Below, piece by piece: positions 1 through 11,838 of a stretch of 64,000 nt of DNA. Numbering within the stretch: the stretch's first letter is position 1; each line of letters begins with the position of its first letter. The stretch is from Carpediemonas membranifera BICM (taxonomy: Eukaryota; Protista; Fornicata): positions 10,680 through 74,679 of the forward strand of contig JAHDYR010000045.1 of the NCBI GenBank assembly GCA_019828565.1. Reading direction: 5' to 3'. The notes beneath the pieces were generated by a model. The model had not been told where the DNA came from. It was given only the letters and a program-made list of their open reading frames with translations, and did not search any database. A program made the position numbers and the translations under genes.

Positions 1-207
1 CTGAACCACTATCTCAAGATCTGGGCAGATAGATGGTCGTGCTCTGGCGAGGTCAAGGGATCTACAGTCCCACTCAAACACGAAAAGTTCATCGTCACAT
101 CCAACTACCCGATCGAACATTTTACCGAGGGAGATACTGCAATGAACGAGGCGCTGACGAGAAGATTCAAGGTGAGACACCTACAGAAATTAAGAGATAG
201 AATGTAA
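1..207 (+). CDS. rep: C-terminal fragment of CRESS-DNA-virus-like Rep (SF3 helicase), 5' end outside window
   Basis: Frame 1 (not in ORF track) reads LNHYLKIWADRWSCSGEVKGSTVPLKHEKFIVTSNYPIEHFTEGDTAMNEALTRRFKVRHLQKLRDRM*. Motifs: LKIWADR, EVKG (B'), FIVTSN (motif C), ALTRRF (Arg finger). Confidence 0.85.
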   Translation: MNHYLKIWADRWSCSGEVKGSTVPLKHEKFIVTSNYPIEHFTEGDTAMNEALTRRFKVRHLQKLRDRM

Positions 208-361
208 AGACTAACGAACAATTTAAGCAATCAAAGATTGGCCTGATATTGGCTAGAGCAGAAGGTATAATAGCCGAGGGGGTTGGCGCATATAGCGCAA
301 AAATGAGGGAAAGGCGTGGGTTCAAGCGAGAAAAAGAACACCACGAACTATCGAAAAAAGA

Positions 362-510
362 CTTGGGTTCGAACCCAAGACGGATAGGAGAAATGCCACC
401 CGGCTTCGCCGGGCGGACTTTGGGAAATCCGTATAGTAAATCATATCTAGATGAATCTAGCCGATTTACTGGATACGGCGGGCAGCTAGATTTAATGAAA
501 ATCTTGCCCG
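362..510. other. Cluster of palindromes and hairpins downstream of rep
   Basis: 18-bp palindrome CTTGGGTTCGAACCCAAG (362-379); CCCGGC-TTC-GCCGGG; long stem 429-478 (CCGTAT/ATACGG, AGTAAATC/GATTTACT, CTAGA/TCTAG); stem 479-510. Confidence 0.6.
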
Positions 511-530
511 AAATGATTTGATATAATCAA

Positions 531-832
531 AATGAGACGATTCGCAATCTCGACACTGTCGACACCACGATCTCGCAAAACCCGCAGGGCCATAAGCACC
601 AAGAAATGGTTTGTTTACCGATAATGCCCTGCGAGGGCTGGGAGCTATCTAATTAGTAATTACACAGGTACAAGACGTTCACGTTACGTTCTCTCCGCGT
701 TGCGACGATGTAAGTTCCACTTAGCATATTCTTACGCAGTACACCATCCAGCAGGTTAAAGTCGAGGACCTACCGATCATCCACCCGCGCCATGAAAGCC
801 CGGAGGGGCAGCAGCTACTGTCGGACGACTCT
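531..832 (+). pseudogene. 5' part of a spliced hypothetical gene interrupted by the LINE (continues at 12372)
   Basis: Putative introns 609-667 (GTTTGT..CTAAT..CAG) and 710-739 (GTAAGT..CAG). The frame ...EGQQLLSDDS joins MFSTPPEADDD at 12372 when the LINE and one TSD are removed. Confidence 0.5.
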
Positions 833-3675
833 TCAGTTGAAATGTCCGGTATGGGAAGTTGACGAAACCAACCGGAAAAAGGCCAAAAGCTGGCAATCGG
901 GATTTATCGGATCTCATTGAAAGCTATTCGAGCTCGAAGCGAGCGACGGTGCCCCGCGGCGCCAGCATCCACCAAATGGTAATTTCAGGACCAAGAGTTC
1001 GTCTGCTCTGGGGCACGAGAGCAGAAATGGGAAGTATTCTCCTAACCCACTAGCCATAGGGCACATTGGGGAAGCAAATTGCTCCCCGGAGGAGATCGCC
1101 CGTTGCGAAGCAGGTTAGCGCCAGAGCGGGCCGGCAGAGGACAACTGGCTGCTCCAGGTGAGGTGCGCACCACCTCACCTGGAGCCCACTCCCCTGCCCT
1201 GTATACCTCGCCGTGCGCCAAGCTATGTCGAGCAACAGATGATCGTCCTCGTGTGCCCAAAAAATGCACAGAGGCAAAAACCACCCAAAAGGGAATAAGT
1301 TAGCCTCGGTAGGAAAGCGTTGACAGAATACACAGTACTCTAACAACAAACAAAACCTACCGCCCATGCTCCTGGGACCCACAAGGGGACCAGACGCAAC
1401 TAAACGCTCCTCGCACAAACCCACAAGGGAAATCAACGCGAACAAGCGTACTGCGCCACCTTTATGATTGAAACCCCTACCGTAACCGGTACCCGCAGTA
1501 GGCCCCAGAGGCACTGCGACACGATTGCCTCAGACAACTTAACTGGGGCCATATGGCAAAGTAACCCGAGAGCACCGGGACCGGCGGCCAATAGGCTCTC
1601 ACTGGGAGGCCACTGGGCCACACTACTCCGGCGCCCGTGCTCTCATGCCGCCCAAGACCGGGCTTGTGGACGTCATCGCCACGAGAGCCGGGATCGCCGC
1701 CCGCCGCCGGCATAGGCAACAGGGCCACCACAACAGGCCCCCAGTACACCAGCCATACCGGACAACAGACCGGGAGCGCTGAGGGCCCCGTCCACAGCCC
1801 CACAAGAAACGCCCAGCCGAAGCCAAAAGGCATAAACCATCACGGTGTTTACCAGGACTCACAACCTCTTGGGAGTGACGCGACCCAGGAAGGAAACAAC
1901 CGGGCTGCGACCACAAGATACAGGACGAGGGGCGTGAATGGCAACCAGCTGGTGCAGCCGGGCGTCTATGCGAGCACGAAGGCGCTTATAGACCCGCATT
2001 TGGCCCCTCAGCTCAGCGTCGAAACCCCGAGCCGACTTAGACTCGTGGGGACTCAGGTCCTCGTCACGGTAATTCTGAGCCAGGTAGGAAAAAGCAGCGG
2101 CACGCTCCCGCCACCGGCTGGCCAGGACGTCCACCTGGGCAAAATCGTCAGCTATGGTCCGCAGGAAATGCGCCTCCCAACCCCGAGGAGTCGCCGGGCC
2201 AGGAGTCGGGGACTCCCGAGAAGGAGCGGTGAAGCCCCTGCCGCCACAAGGCAAGGGACTACCCTGGGGCCCGGAGGGGAATATGGGATCCCCCGTCGGA
2301 GTGCGAAGAGGGCCCTGCTTCCCGGGAAAGAGGCGGCGCCCCCGAAATCGGAGTCCAGGCCGTACTCGGGCCAAGGACTCGATAGGGATCGGAGTGCATA
2401 ACCCCTGGTAATGCACCTCCCCCTCTGGGGACCGCTGGGCAGCGGAGGCGCCGGCCGAATGGCCAGGAGGAGGCGTGAAGGTGGAAGGAGAGATGGAACG
2501 GACGCATGGGGAATAAGGGACAGCAGCCCCGTGTGGGGCGATGCTCCCTGTCCCTGCAATAAGGTTCCCTTTTGGGTTTTCGCCAGACATGTTTTTGTGT
2601 GGAAACAAGGTCCGCAACAAACCTCGCATACCTCGCCCCTGAACCATCCGCCCTGAGGAAGGGAAAGGAGCCATACAAGACCAGGACATCGCTGGCTGGC
2701 GCCCCTTGGAACCTCCACCAAACCTCCTCAAGCCCCTCCAAGAAGCTGGCAAAAGTGCACTTCCCGCCTTTTGCCACTCCAAATGGAAACAGGGGAATAT
2801 CCCAACAGGGACATGCCAGATAGGGAAGAAAGCATGATTTATGGCTTATTCGCCCTTAAGGCTGCACCCAGAAGGGATCTCAGGAAAACCAGAAGGGAAA
2901 AAGCAAATACGTCCATTATCCAGCTCGGCAACGCGATAGGATACGACAAGATTGTAGACCCAGAACAGGGAAGCTTTACAGCAAAGGAAGGCCCAGGGGA
3001 GCTCCGGAAAAGCCGGGCCAAGAAGCTGTTTGCATCACTTCCCCTCCTGAGACGGTACACAAAAGCCGCCCAACAGCCATACTGGCTATTCATTGAAGGG
3101 AACCGGCTGGACCTAAGCAGGCGGAGACACTAAGCCGGCTTCGCCCAGGGTCCCCCAAATTTGTGTTCTCCCCAGAGTCCAGGCGGACTACTCCAAGTAC
3201 GTAGCACATCCCCACCGGACGAGCCAGACGACACCAGCTAGTGAGCAACACACCCCATCACTTCTCCCCGTGGAGGAGGGCCTTGATCTCGGCCGAATCC
3301 ATAACCGGGACTTTTCGAGACCACGCCACACAATGACCTCGAACAGCTCCCAAAGCGCCCCAGACGCCTTGGATTGCGCAAACACCACCCCAAATGGGAT
3401 CAAGGAGTCGTTAACGCCACTGGGCAAGCAACTGGCCACACCGGACGAATGGGACTGCATCAGAGCCTCAGCAGATGCGGCTATTCCCACAAGGGACGTT
3501 GCCATGGTCTTCACCAGAGATGACGCAACGGACTTCACTGCCCGAACGGGAAAGGTCGCAAGGACGCTCCTCCTAGAGCTCGTGGCAACATCGCTGCAAG
3601 CTGCAGGACATTCTTCGATCTCAGGCAACGGCATCCAGACCAAGTACGGGATGGAGGCTGCAATGTGGCTCCTCC

Positions 3676-6553
3676 ATGCCGCCGGACACGCCATCTCCGC
3701 GGGAGCTGCAGCCAGAGGGCTCCCCCTCACTAGGACGCGAAAACAAGAAGCTCTGGGCCGACCTAGGCCGGGAACTAGCCAAAGGGCAAGGCTACCACGC
3801 CCCTCACCCCCCGGAGGGAGGTTTCCGCAGACCAGACGACACGCCCATCCAGATCTGGACCCAGGGCCCCGTCGAGGAGATCCTCATCTACAGCAGAACC
3901 GAGGGTGTGATGAGGCCAGTCTTCCCACCCCCACCCCTGGAAGAAGAGCCTTCGGCAGCAGAGGCAGACCTGAGGGAGGAGGTCAGAGACCTCATCCAAC
4001 GGTGGTCAGTCCCCGGCTTCCCCGAACTCTGGTCGGCATGGGATAAGACCAGGCGTCTCTGGCCCCCACCCGCGAGGATTGCCCGCGAACTGGTGTCTGC
4101 CTCCTTTCTGACGCGCAACATCACTAACTACTGGCTCACAACGGGGCAGACCCAAGTTATAGAGCCCGTACGGGACGGGGCATCTCATGGAGCCCTGGGT
4201 ACTAACGAAGAAGAAACCCCCCTGGGCCCGAGCGGCAGCAGGACTTCCGGCCCTGATGACACACCCACCACGCCAAACAAGGGCACATGCGGGCCCAGCA
4301 TGGGAGCTAGCCCGCCTCGTTCCAATATCACCCAACGAGCCAACACCACCAGGCAGTTGATCGCTATGGTGGACTTTGAGGAAGGAAGAGCCAGATCCAA
4401 CCAAGGAGACGAGGCCATCATTTGCGAAGGGGCGGCACTGATTTTCGACCCAGCTAACGAGCAAATCCTCTACTACATGCACGGGATGCTTGGGGAAGAC
4501 ATCACAGTGGATGCCCTGGACCAATGTCTGTGGGCCACGCACTACATCCATGGCTGCCCACCAGCTACGTTTGTCGACGTCACCACGGGCAAAGCCCCCA
4601 AGGGATACGAAGCAGACTTCCCCCACGCCAAGCGATGGTGCACCGAGATGGCTACAGAGCTGAAGAGACTGGAAGACGACTCGGGGCCACAGAAGACCCA
4701 CGTCCACATCGTGGCTAAGGGAGTCGAGGCTGAGAGAAGCATCCTGACCAGTGAGAAGTTCGTCCCAGACGGGAACCTCCGCACCTGGCTAAGCTTACGC
4801 CTCATGGATGAAACTGACCTCAACACGATCTTCCCCAACATCCTCGACACGCTGACCTGGTTCTACCCCAATAGTGGGGAGAAGAGCCTCACCGGCCTCC
4901 CCTCCCGACCCCAGTCCGAACTGGGCCGGACCTGGACCAGAAGGTACCAACAGCGCCCGGAGGCAAAATTGGTGTGCCCCTATCACAAGCACGCACCCCA
5001 CCACTGCCACTGCGCCCTAGCAGATGTCTCCATATTCTACGCCAGACTAGCAACAGCGTTCTGGATGAGAGACAACCCAGGCTGGGACTGGGGGCAGGTA
5101 GAAGCCCACCTCACAGCCCTAGGAAGCATGCTCATGGGCAGGGAGTCGCCGTACCATGATGAATACAAGGACCTGGCGACCAAAGTCAACGCCAGACACG
5201 GCCTCGGCACCGTGGCGGCCGGTCGCCTAACCCCATTGTCCCAACAAGTCAACCTCTTTGGCACCAAGAACCCCAAACTGGGCCAGATTATCATGACCAA
5301 CTGGGAGGAAAACGATTTCAGCTCCGAAAAGGGTATCACCAGAGCCCTGGAAGGAACAGCCGTGATCATCGGAAACCCAGAATCGCTCGCGAGAGTAGGC
5401 GAACCAGCGCGACCCATCCTCCTGGAAATCCACTCGGAGTGGAACGGGCGCGCAGTCCGGCGCATCCCTCCGGCGCGCAAGGGGGTACCCCCTCCCCACA
5501 CAGTGGGGGCGCACCAGGAGGATGATGCATGGCAGACTGGCGGAGGTACTGGATGACGCAAGAAGCTACCCACTCCGTCGGTAACCTGCCGGGAAGGCAG
5601 GGCCATCCTGATGTGGCCCGGCGCCTAGCCAGGAACACTGGAAGACGTGGCAACCGCCCCTGGGAGCTCCCCCCGATAATGGGAACCTGGAGTGAAATCG
5701 AACAGCGCTAGATGAGCCCGAACGCAGCCGGCAAGTCCGTGGAAGTCTACCTACGCGGCGTCGGTGGGTTCCTAACCCGGCCCAGCTGGTACGGCGAACT
5801 CTAGACCCGACCCCGCCCTGGCGGGTGCCTGAAACATGGCGAGCGGGTCGAGGAAACTCCAGGACCTCCCTAGGGGACCCGGGGGAGAGGGGAAACGTAC
5901 GGAAGGTCCCTGACAGCAGCGTGCAGGGCAAGGCTTTGTAGGTGCCAGGCAGACCTGGGACCCAAAGGGCCCCTAAGAGTAAGACCTGGGTTAGCCTAAC
6001 TTTGGGGGTATTAATGTGGCCATGTATAGGATCCCTCTAGCGTACCAGCTAGGCCTTGACGGCCGTTGTTCACGCCCTCTTAGGAAGTGTTAGGTGTGCT
6101 CTGTAGAGGTACCAACACGCTTAGGCGTTCCTCGAAGGGGTGACACAAACTGTGACATTCAGCTTACACAGCAGGACGAGTAGCAGGACACATTAAATTC
6201 TTTCTTCTTCTTCGGAGTGGAACGGGCGCCGCCGCGCTGTCCAAGACGGTTTCCCTTGGGCGAACCTGAGGGGGGAGCCCACGGAAATAGACGCGGAAAA
6301 GATGCTTACTCTAGACGTCAGCGACACCAAAACGATGACCCTATCCCAAGCGGCGTCTTTGATGCCCGTCCACAAATTCGACATAGCTGGAGGCCACATG
6401 GGCAGAGAAGCCAGGAAGAAGATCTTCAACTACTTCACGGAGGTCCCAGCCGACGATCGAGAACTCCTGGCCAACATGTGTGTCGACCCGGAGACAGGCT
6501 CCATCAACTTCCTCCCCTCGTTCCTCCCCCGGGACTGGGGGTATCACGGATGA
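3676..6553 (+). CDS. LINE upstream ORF with DEDDh/Zn exonuclease (arenavirus NP / Maelstrom-like), split by a nested insertion
   Basis: Motifs MVDFEEG, ICEGA, HYIHGC, VAKGVEAERSIL and CPYH-x7-HCALAD in ~4357-5060. Removing 5452-6229 fuses ...HSEWNGR in frame to RRAVQDG...EKMLTLDV (track ORF 6302-6553). Probably starts at ATG 3333 via a frameshift. Confidence 0.75.
5452..6211 (+). mobile_element. Nested 760-bp 5'-truncated LINE or LINE-derived SINE (related family)
   Basis: 18-bp TSD TCGGAGTGGAACGGGCGC (5434-5451, 6212-6229); (TTC)n tail; block-wise homology to the host LINE 3' UTR. Confidence 0.88.
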
Positions 6554-7346
6554 ACCAGCAGAAAGAGGGAAGAGGCGAGTGGGCACCTTGAGGAGCGCCT
6601 CCTGGAGAGGCAAACTCGCCCTGGCGGGCTCAGGCGTGGAACACCCAAAAGGGGGGAAGCCATGGGACACGCTGAACTGTGTTTTCCCGGAAGGCGCCAG
6701 CACTAACGCCAAGAACAGACTGAGGACCGAGAGGAAGCAGGCGCTTCGAACAAAGGTGAGACGAAGGGCTACTGAACTCGCCAAGATGCTCCACAGGAGG
6801 ACGGAGGTCTACCTGCCGAATGGCGGCATAGGGGGCCTATATGGCCCTCCACGCGGGCAAATTGTCACTGAACAACCGCAAAGTAGCAGGACAGAGCGAA
6901 CAGAGCCCGGGCCCCATCCAACTAAGAGCTGTGCCCCCCCCCATACCCCCAACCCATCAGCCAAGACCCGCCAGGTCAGACAGGTGGACCAAGAGGACCT
7001 GCAGCCCAAAAGAGCACGACAGGAGGACACCGACCTGGGCAGAGGCATAGCGGCCCTGCTGGACCAAGCCATGGCCCGGCGAGAAGCAGAGGTCAGACAA
7101 CAGCTGGAAGAAGCTGCAGCCAGAACCATCAACGAGCTCAAGGCCAAAAGCCAGGAGCTGGAGGAAGAACGGGAAGCCCGGAGAGCAGCCCAAGCTGCGT
7201 TGGACGAGATGCGGAAGGACCTCAGGGAGACAACGGAGAAGTGCTCGTCTCTAACCGAAGAGAACGAGGACTTACTCAGCCGCGCGGCCCGACTCTCGGC
7301 AACCAACGAAGCCCTCAGCTTCACCCCTAGCAGCCAAGATGGATAA
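6480..7346 (+). CDS. Basic and coiled-coil region, probably the frameshifted C-terminus of the LINE upstream ORF
   Basis: Heptad-rich EEAAARTINELKAKSQELEEERE...; overlaps the end of the 6302-6553 frame at a G/C homopolymer. Confidence 0.5.
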   Translation: MSTRRQAPSTSSPRSSPGTGGITDEPAERGKRRVGTLRSASWRGKLALAGSGVEHPKGGKPWDTLNCVFPEGASTNAKNRLRTERKQALRTKVRRRATELAKMLHRRTEVYLPNGGIGGLYGPPRGQIVTEQPQSSRTERTEPGPHPTKSCAPPHTPNPSAKTRQVRQVDQEDLQPKRARQEDTDLGRGIAALLDQAMARREAEVRQQLEEAAARTINELKAKSQELEEEREARRAAQAALDEMRKDLRETTEKCSSLTEENEDLLSRAARLSATNEALSFTPSSQDG

Positions 7347-7969
7347 CTTCAGGTCTGACCTGAGAAGGAAGAGAGGCGAGGAGAAGGAAGGAGAGTAGAA
7401 ACAATCATAAGTAAGAGGTGCAGAGGGTAGTGTGATATAAGTCTGAGCTAAAAGTGTATATATGAACCAGCATGTATGGCCAGGCTGTGACTAGTTGGGC
7501 CTTAAAGTCCAAATGGACACCGGCGAACCATTCCGGCGGGAGCAAAAATGCAACACATTCTTTTTCAACAAACCCCTGTGCCCCACAGGGCCGGGGGCAG
7601 GGTTACCAAAAGGTAAAAAGAGCCCTGCCTGTCCGGCAGGCTGTAACTCCAGCCTTGGGAGGGGCAACAACCACTGTCGCTCCCACCTAAGCTCGTTAGG
7701 TAATGGTCCTGCCATGCGGCGAGGAAGGAAGCTAAGCGGAGACCGGCAGCAATGCCGACAAGCATCGTGAGGCCCCGACTGTGAAAGGGAATGGTATGCC
7801 CTAGGCCGGGAACTAAGGGAATACAGGCACAAGCCTGCCCAAAAGGAAACGACTGCTCGGTTAGAGGCCTCAGCAACCCACCAAAAGGTACGCCCAAAAA
7901 GGGAATGTCTACAAAGAGCAGATTAGTGCGCGCAGGGTAACTCCCGCAGTTTATGTCAGAACAACCTGA

Positions 7970-10900
7970 ATGAGAATAATATCGCTAAACAGCGAAGGGC
8001 ACCTAGCGGGCGCAAACGATTACAGCGGATCCATAGCTTTATCCATCCGCAAGAGGATAAGGACTGATGCGATCCTCCTCCAGGAAACCAAGCGGTACGG
8101 TAATACCACCATCCCTTGCTGGGTAGATCTCCAGTACGCCTGTGCAGGAGAGGTCAAGCCATTAGAGGCAACGCGCAAGCGACCCACAAAGGGACTGGCC
8201 ACACTGATTAGCCCGCACTCCAAAGCGGAATGGGACGTAGGCGTGTCCGACGGGACGAACCCACGAATCCAAGTAAGCATCCTCAAAGCATCGAGGGCCA
8301 CGGCAGTCATCAATATCTACGCTCCCGATAGTGGATGTGCACGACCCGAGATTGAGGAGTTCGACCGGATGCTAGAGCAAACCGTCGCGAACTATGAGGG
8401 GTGTGACATCATCATCATCGGGGACTGGAACAGGAGGCCAGGGAAACTCAGGCAAGCAACTGCGATGACCCTCCAGCGATGGAACCTCACCCCAATAGCA
8501 CCAACTGCACCGACGTACGGGACTAACTCCCGAACGTCCACAATAGACTATGCAGCGGTAACAGGGGGTATCCAAAACCCGGTTGTTAGGGTAATAGACA
8601 AGACCACAATCGGGCACTGGGGGTCGGCACACAAAGCCATAGAGCTCACCTGGGATAGCAACCCGACAGGGAAACCAGAGATATCAAAGAGACTGGAAAT
8701 CCCACGGATCGATACGTGGCTGGTCAAACCCAGGAGAACAGGGCCCAAGCTAGAAGAGTGGCCACCACTAGACAGCAAAATACCAGTGGACGAGATGGAG
8801 ACTCTCATAAGGAAATGGTTGTCCACCGGGTTTGCTACCTCCAGAAGGCACCCATTCGCTGTAGAAAACCAGGAACGTATCCCTAGTGAGGTATGGGAAC
8901 GGCTGGCCAAAGCATCCACCTGGAGCAAAACCGCCGCCAAAGATATCAAAAAGTCCCTCAACGGAGCACTGAGCAGATCATGGAGGACCTTCCAACATGA
9001 CTGGAATGAGCAGGTTGAGGTTGGATCCCGTGATGGGTACAAAACGACAAAAAGGATCCTCGCAAACCAAGTGTTCCGCTTCTGGAACGAGAAGCAGCAC
9101 GCCGGTCTCCCGGTAATGCTGAAGGCTGGAAACAAGATTCTAGCAAGGCAGAGGGAGATTGCAGACTCCCTCCAGGAGCAGTACGCGAAGGTCAGCTCCG
9201 GGAAGGAACCCACCTGGGAACCCACCTGGGAAACCGAGCCAAAAACGGACATGGAGGACCATCCGCCATCGCTTGAAGAAGTGACAGCGGCGGTCAAGTC
9301 CATAAGGAAGTCCTCGGCCGGAGGCCCGGACGGGATTATTGGAGATTGTCTGAGGGACCTCCCCGAGTCAGCGTACGAGGCAATCACAATCCTGCTCGCG
9401 AAAGTATACGACAGCGGGACCATGCCAACCACATGGAAGTATGCAGCGGTGTCGCCTATCCACAAGGTTGGGAAGGACAAGCTCACGCCCAGCTCGTACA
9501 GACCGATCTCCCTCACCCCCCTCCTATACAGAGCCTACGGGAGGATACTGAAATGGCGCCTCAGGCCGACGGTGGAGAAGTTCATCCCCAGAGAGCAAGT
9601 TGGGTTCATGAAAGGGAAAACTGTAGTGGATCACATAGCCCTCCTAGCCCAACTCCACCAGTCCGGAAACCGTACCAGCGTCCTACTTGACATAGCAAAA
9701 GCATATGATACGGTCCCAAGGGACCTGCTGGTGAACAAGTTGACGCTCATGGGGGGTACACCCAAGACTGACGAGGGCCATCCGAAATACACTTACAGAA
9801 ACGTACATCTCGGTACGAGGGGCAAGCACATGGTCCAGAACAAACATGGGGGTCAAGCAAGGATGTGTGGTGGCCCCCACTCTGTTCATTCTCTTCACAG
9901 CTAACTGGCTAAGCCAGGCGGCACTGTACCTCCGGCATAGAGAGATCCCGGACCCCTGCCTCCCTCCAACGGACGATAGGCCCAAAAACTGCCTCATTGC
10001 AATGTTTGTAGATGATACAAGCATCTCAGCCGAGACCCCGCAGCTCGCCGAAGAAGGCACAGACGCAGTGGTCAGGGTAATTGAAGCCCATGGACTCCAG
10101 ACCAGCCCAGGCAAAAGTGTGGTGATAAGTACCGACGTAACTGCAGCGGTCAGCATCCAAGGAACTCCCACACTGGCGTCAGACTCAGCAAGGTATCTGG
10201 GACTCTGGCTAGCCAGCGGGAAGAATCCGTTGGCAGCATGCATCAAAATGAAGACGTCACAATCCCGGAAATACCTAGCCCTGGCAGGAGAGCAGGGTGG
10301 ACCAAAGGATCCACCCCGGCCGCCACCTCGGAATCCATCCTCAGAACCTTCCTCTGGCCCAAGATCGAGTTCGGGATCGAGATCTGGGGCCAAGCGCTCA
10401 GGGGAAGAGCCATCTGGAACAACTGGCGCGGCCTAATGGCAGGCACAGGACCAGGGGGAGGAGGAGCCGCCCGTGTACTAATGGGATGGATGTGCTGGGA
10501 GGCAGATATGGGGCAGAGAGCGGTGAGGCTCTATGAGTCTGCGCACGACCCGGACCGTCCGACCCCCCTAGGGAATCTGGACTGGGCGACAGCGGAGAGA
10601 GGATCGGTCTTACATCGCCTCTACCAATGGCGACGGAGCGTCCTCCAGGGCACACAGGAGGAGATGCCCGCCAGGGAAAGAGCAAAGAGGGGAGGCTGTA
10701 CCCTCACAGCAGAAGAACTACTGCACACCGGGAGCCGAACGGACAAAGGGGTGGCAACAGTACTAGCCCCGGAAGTCATCCTCAGCATGCAGCAAGGGAA
10801 GAGACCCAAGAAACCAGGAATGATCAAGGGTGAGATGATAACCAGACGGGAAGTCAAGAGAGTAATCATGACTGCATCCAACACACTCCCCTCCCCCAGC

Positions 10901-11341
10901 AACAGTGGCAGAAGCAGAGCCATACTTGGGAGCGCGATCGGCCAGCCCCAGGCCCTCCTGAGCAGGATCAAGCGGTGTTGCCCCCTATGTACCCTGGACT
11001 CAGAAGGTGACACCATTACTCGCCTGTACACTGTCACCAGAACCGCGGCGGAAACCACCAAAATCCTCTCAGAATGGGCATACAACCAGCCCCTGGGAAC
11101 ACAAAGCCACATCATCTGCCAATGCAAGGCGGTAGAACGCCCAGAAGGATGGAATGACATCCTGGCGGAGGCGCATCTACGCACACAGTACCACGCCCTA
11201 AGGCAAGGGCAGGAGGCGGAGTGGTACAACTCAAGGGCAATCCTGGAAATGCTCTGGCTCCTCCGCAGCGAGGACCATACCGTCAGAGAGGGACTGCAGA
11301 ACGGCAGACGTGCCCTTCTGAACCTCCGGAAAGACGGGTAA
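7970..11341 (+). CDS. LINE ORF2: AP endonuclease + reverse transcriptase (two frameshifts)
   Basis: APE motifs LQETK, NIYAP, GDWN, TIDY, SAH. RT motifs GPDGI, YRPISL, QVGF, LDIAKAYDTV, GVKQGCVVAP, FVDD. Spread over frames 7970-9904, 9846-10436 and 10238-11341. Confidence 0.93.
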
Positions 11342-11838
11342 GTACACCATCCCAGAATCCTATGACCTCTGGGACCAGGGTCAAACTGGGACCCAACCCC
11401 CCTCAACCGAAGCGGAGCGCTCCTGGGATCAGCGGGGGACGCAAGCCCCACGTATCCCGGTAGCACCCAGCCGCGGAAGGGGACTCAAACCCGAACACTA
11501 ATCTCGCTAACACACAAACGCTCACCCATACTGGGAACGAAGACATCATTCAGCCGGCAGAACCGGCACACTCTTCACACGTATAAGAAATAACCCAGAG
11601 CCATAGGGCGGGGCACGTATGCACATGTATACACGTACGTGCGAGGTATCGGGGCGCAGCAGCCAAACAGGAGGGTAACCATAAGGCAACAATACCACCT
11701 GGGCGGCACCTGGACCAAATCAGAGCTGCGCCGAACGGCCCGGCACCCAAAACTTGGAACCAGCCGGAAGCTAGGAAGAAGCCCTATAGGGAACAAATCC
11801 TTGAGGAGGGGATCCATGCCGGAACGGAAAGTGTGGAA

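Noticed and set aside
654-663. TAGTAATTAC as a CRESS nonanucleotide origin, or as another GTAATTAC PBS palindrome
   Set aside because: Does not fit NANTATTAC, has no flanking stem and no LTR end; better explained as the 3' region of an intron.
1240-1275. HDV-like ribozyme (TCCTCGT loop)
   Set aside because: P3 and P1.1 pairings could not be formed, and it is ~400 nt from the element 5' end.
5714-6200. Group II intron domain V, RNase P or group I intron identity for the conserved RNA
   Set aside because: The GAGCC start lacks the DV hairpin; RNase P CR motifs are not conserved between the two copies; no P/Q/R/S elements.
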